Assembly: GCF_009914755.1 (NCBI RefSeq)
Contig: NC_060926.1
DNA: 64,000 bases
DNA from: the human T2T-CHM13v2.0 reference genome, Homo sapiens
Reading direction: 5' to 3' (one strand)
Shown here: piece after piece, positions 62,242 through 64,000 of the stretch
Layout of the letters: each line of letters opens with the position of its first letter
How positions within the stretch are numbered: the first letter of the stretch is position 1
Notes under the pieces: generated by a model
The model's input: the letters and a program-made list of their open reading frames with translations, nothing else
Database searches by the model: none
Told to the model about the DNA's origin: nothing
Translations under genes and position numbers: made by a program

Positions 62242-62543
62242 GGCTGGGTTCAATGGCTCATATGTATAATCTAACCCTTTGAGAAGCTGAGGTGAGAGGA
62301 TCACTTGAGGCCAGGAGTTCATGGTCAGCCTGGGAACCTAGCAAGAATACATCTCTATAAAACATTTAAAAAAATTAGCCAGGCCTTATGGCTTGCCTAT
62401 AGTCCAATATACTCAGGAGACTGAGGCAGAAAGAGCGCTTGAGGCCAGGAGTTCAAAGCTGCAGTGAGCTATGATGATGCCACTGCATTCTAGCCTGGGT
62501 GACAGAGTGATATCCTGTCTATTAAAAAAAAAAAAAAAGAAAA
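62242..62543 (+). mobile_element. AluJ
   Basis: Dimeric Alu; TSD approximately AAAGTATAGAAG / AAGGTATAGAAG. Confidence 0.9.
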
Positions 62544-62719
62544 GGTATAAAAGGTATAGAAGGATGTTTGCACTGTGTGCACATTTTTATTTAGGATTTT
62601 CTTTTAAAACTAATTCTGATATAAGCAAAAATATCTTATTTCTGCAAAGATTCTTCATTTTTGGCCAGTGGTGCCATGCAATCACATTACATATTTAGAG
62701 GAATTATTCCCTGAATATG

Positions 62720-63200
62720 CATATATTGAGCACTTACTCTGTGCCAGGCTATATCTGTGTTAGGAATACAAACACAGATATAGCCTGAATACAATATAGC
62801 CTGTGTTAGGAATACAAACACAGATATAGCCTGATTCCTGCCCCTAAGGTCTTAAATCCTAATTGGTGGAGAGACAAAGTTATAAATAAATAAAGGCAGA
62901 AAAAGTGCCACAAGTGCCCTGTTTGAAATATCCTTAAGGTTTTGGATGAGTCTAGAGGCAGTGCTTCAAGGGAGGATGTGGTCAATTGCACAGTGAGTCT
63001 CAAGTCAAAAAAGCTTGGTAGAGGAGGTGACTTTGAGGTGAGCATTGATGATAAATAAAGTAGGCTAGGGAGATGAGGGGAAGCCATGTGAGTATAGACA
63101 TGACAATGTGGTAGCCCAAAAAGCCCATGCAAGTTGAGAAGGCAGCTGTGAGTTTCATTGCAATGAGATCTGTACCATCAGGTGCTGTCAGGTAGAAATG
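62720..63200 (-). mobile_element. L2 fragment with a local fold-back and duplication
   Basis: 'tattgagcacttactctgtgccagg...tcctgcccctaagg...ggaggtgactttgaggtgag'. Confidence 0.7.
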
Positions 63201-64000
63201 GCAGGCTAAGTAGCATATTTGATAGCAACTAAGATAAGGCTGCCTTGCAAATTGAACTTGAAACAAGCTAGATATAAATACAGATCTATTAAGGCAAAGC
63301 ACTTCACGTGTCAGTATCTATTAACTGCCTGATACTGAAATGTATTTGTATTGAGTGGCAGGAGCTGGTGGGCCTGCCGGTCCCAGTAGGGCACAAGACC
63401 AAGAGAGGTTTTTCCCAAAAAGAAGTATTTGCTTACAAGTGCATACAACCCCTGTTGTATTACAATGTGATTATACTGCAGGCTCTTCTAACAGATAAAA
63501 TTGCCTATGATGGAAATCAGAGGGAGAGCACAGTGCAAGGCTAGAGGCTGGTTGGCAGCATGCAAGATCAAACTCTCTTTTAACTTGTATCAGACAAGGG
63601 ATTATCATTGGATTTTGTGATATTTTTGAGTGATACTCATATAGTTGCATTAAAAACAGTCTTGGGAAATTATCTGAATGCATCTACTTAAATGACAAGA
63701 ATAGATGACAAATTATATCTCCATATCTGTCTAAAAAGAAGGGAGGATTTCATAGTTAGACACCAGGGATTAGGCTTTGCTCTGTATTTTTACAATTATA
63801 TTATTTCCCCATCTTAAATTAGTAAAGTGGAGCTGATGGTTTTCCCTAGCTCCACGGAGAGAGAGCAAGCATATCACACTATCAGGAACCCAGAATTCTC
63901 TTGTATTGTCTATGTTATCTGCAAGATACCATAATACAATCATTCCTTGCTGCGATGAAAAAGGCACATTTCTAAGCAGAATGATATCTGATTCAACACT

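Overview
Repeat-dense, AT-rich primate genomic DNA. It is probably catarrhine/hominoid, because AluY- and L1PA3-type elements are present, and it looks intergenic or deep-intronic. I can support no host protein-coding gene, tRNA, rRNA or CRISPR array; nearly all listed ORFs are read-throughs of Alu, L1, Tigger or LTR sequence. Main contents: a full-length but dead L1PA4/5-type LINE (40421-46532, minus), four truncated L1PA 3' ends, long old L1M/HAL1-like tracts, about 13 Alus, a full-length Tigger1, Tigger3a, MER1B, a two-LTR LTR37-type ERV1 provirus with gag and env relics, a complete MSTA MaLR provirus, several solo LTRs, and L2/MIR fragments. Two repeat-poor islands (about 23.0-25.1 kb and 37.8-39.7 kb) carry clustered homeodomain/PBX/MEIS/FOX motifs. 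The signals most worth testing are: (1) a hammerhead-ribozyme-like core with stems I and III but no stem II at 24301-24351; (2) a clean 42-nt exon candidate just downstream of the L1 antisense promoter/ORF0; (3) an unidentified A-tailed, CpG-retaining insert at 4171-4652; and (4) several fold-back/template-switch micro-rearrangements, one making a pre-miRNA-sized hairpin. Subfamily names come from recalled consensus sequences and need RepeatMasker/Dfam confirmation. I cannot establish a new biological system from sequence alone.
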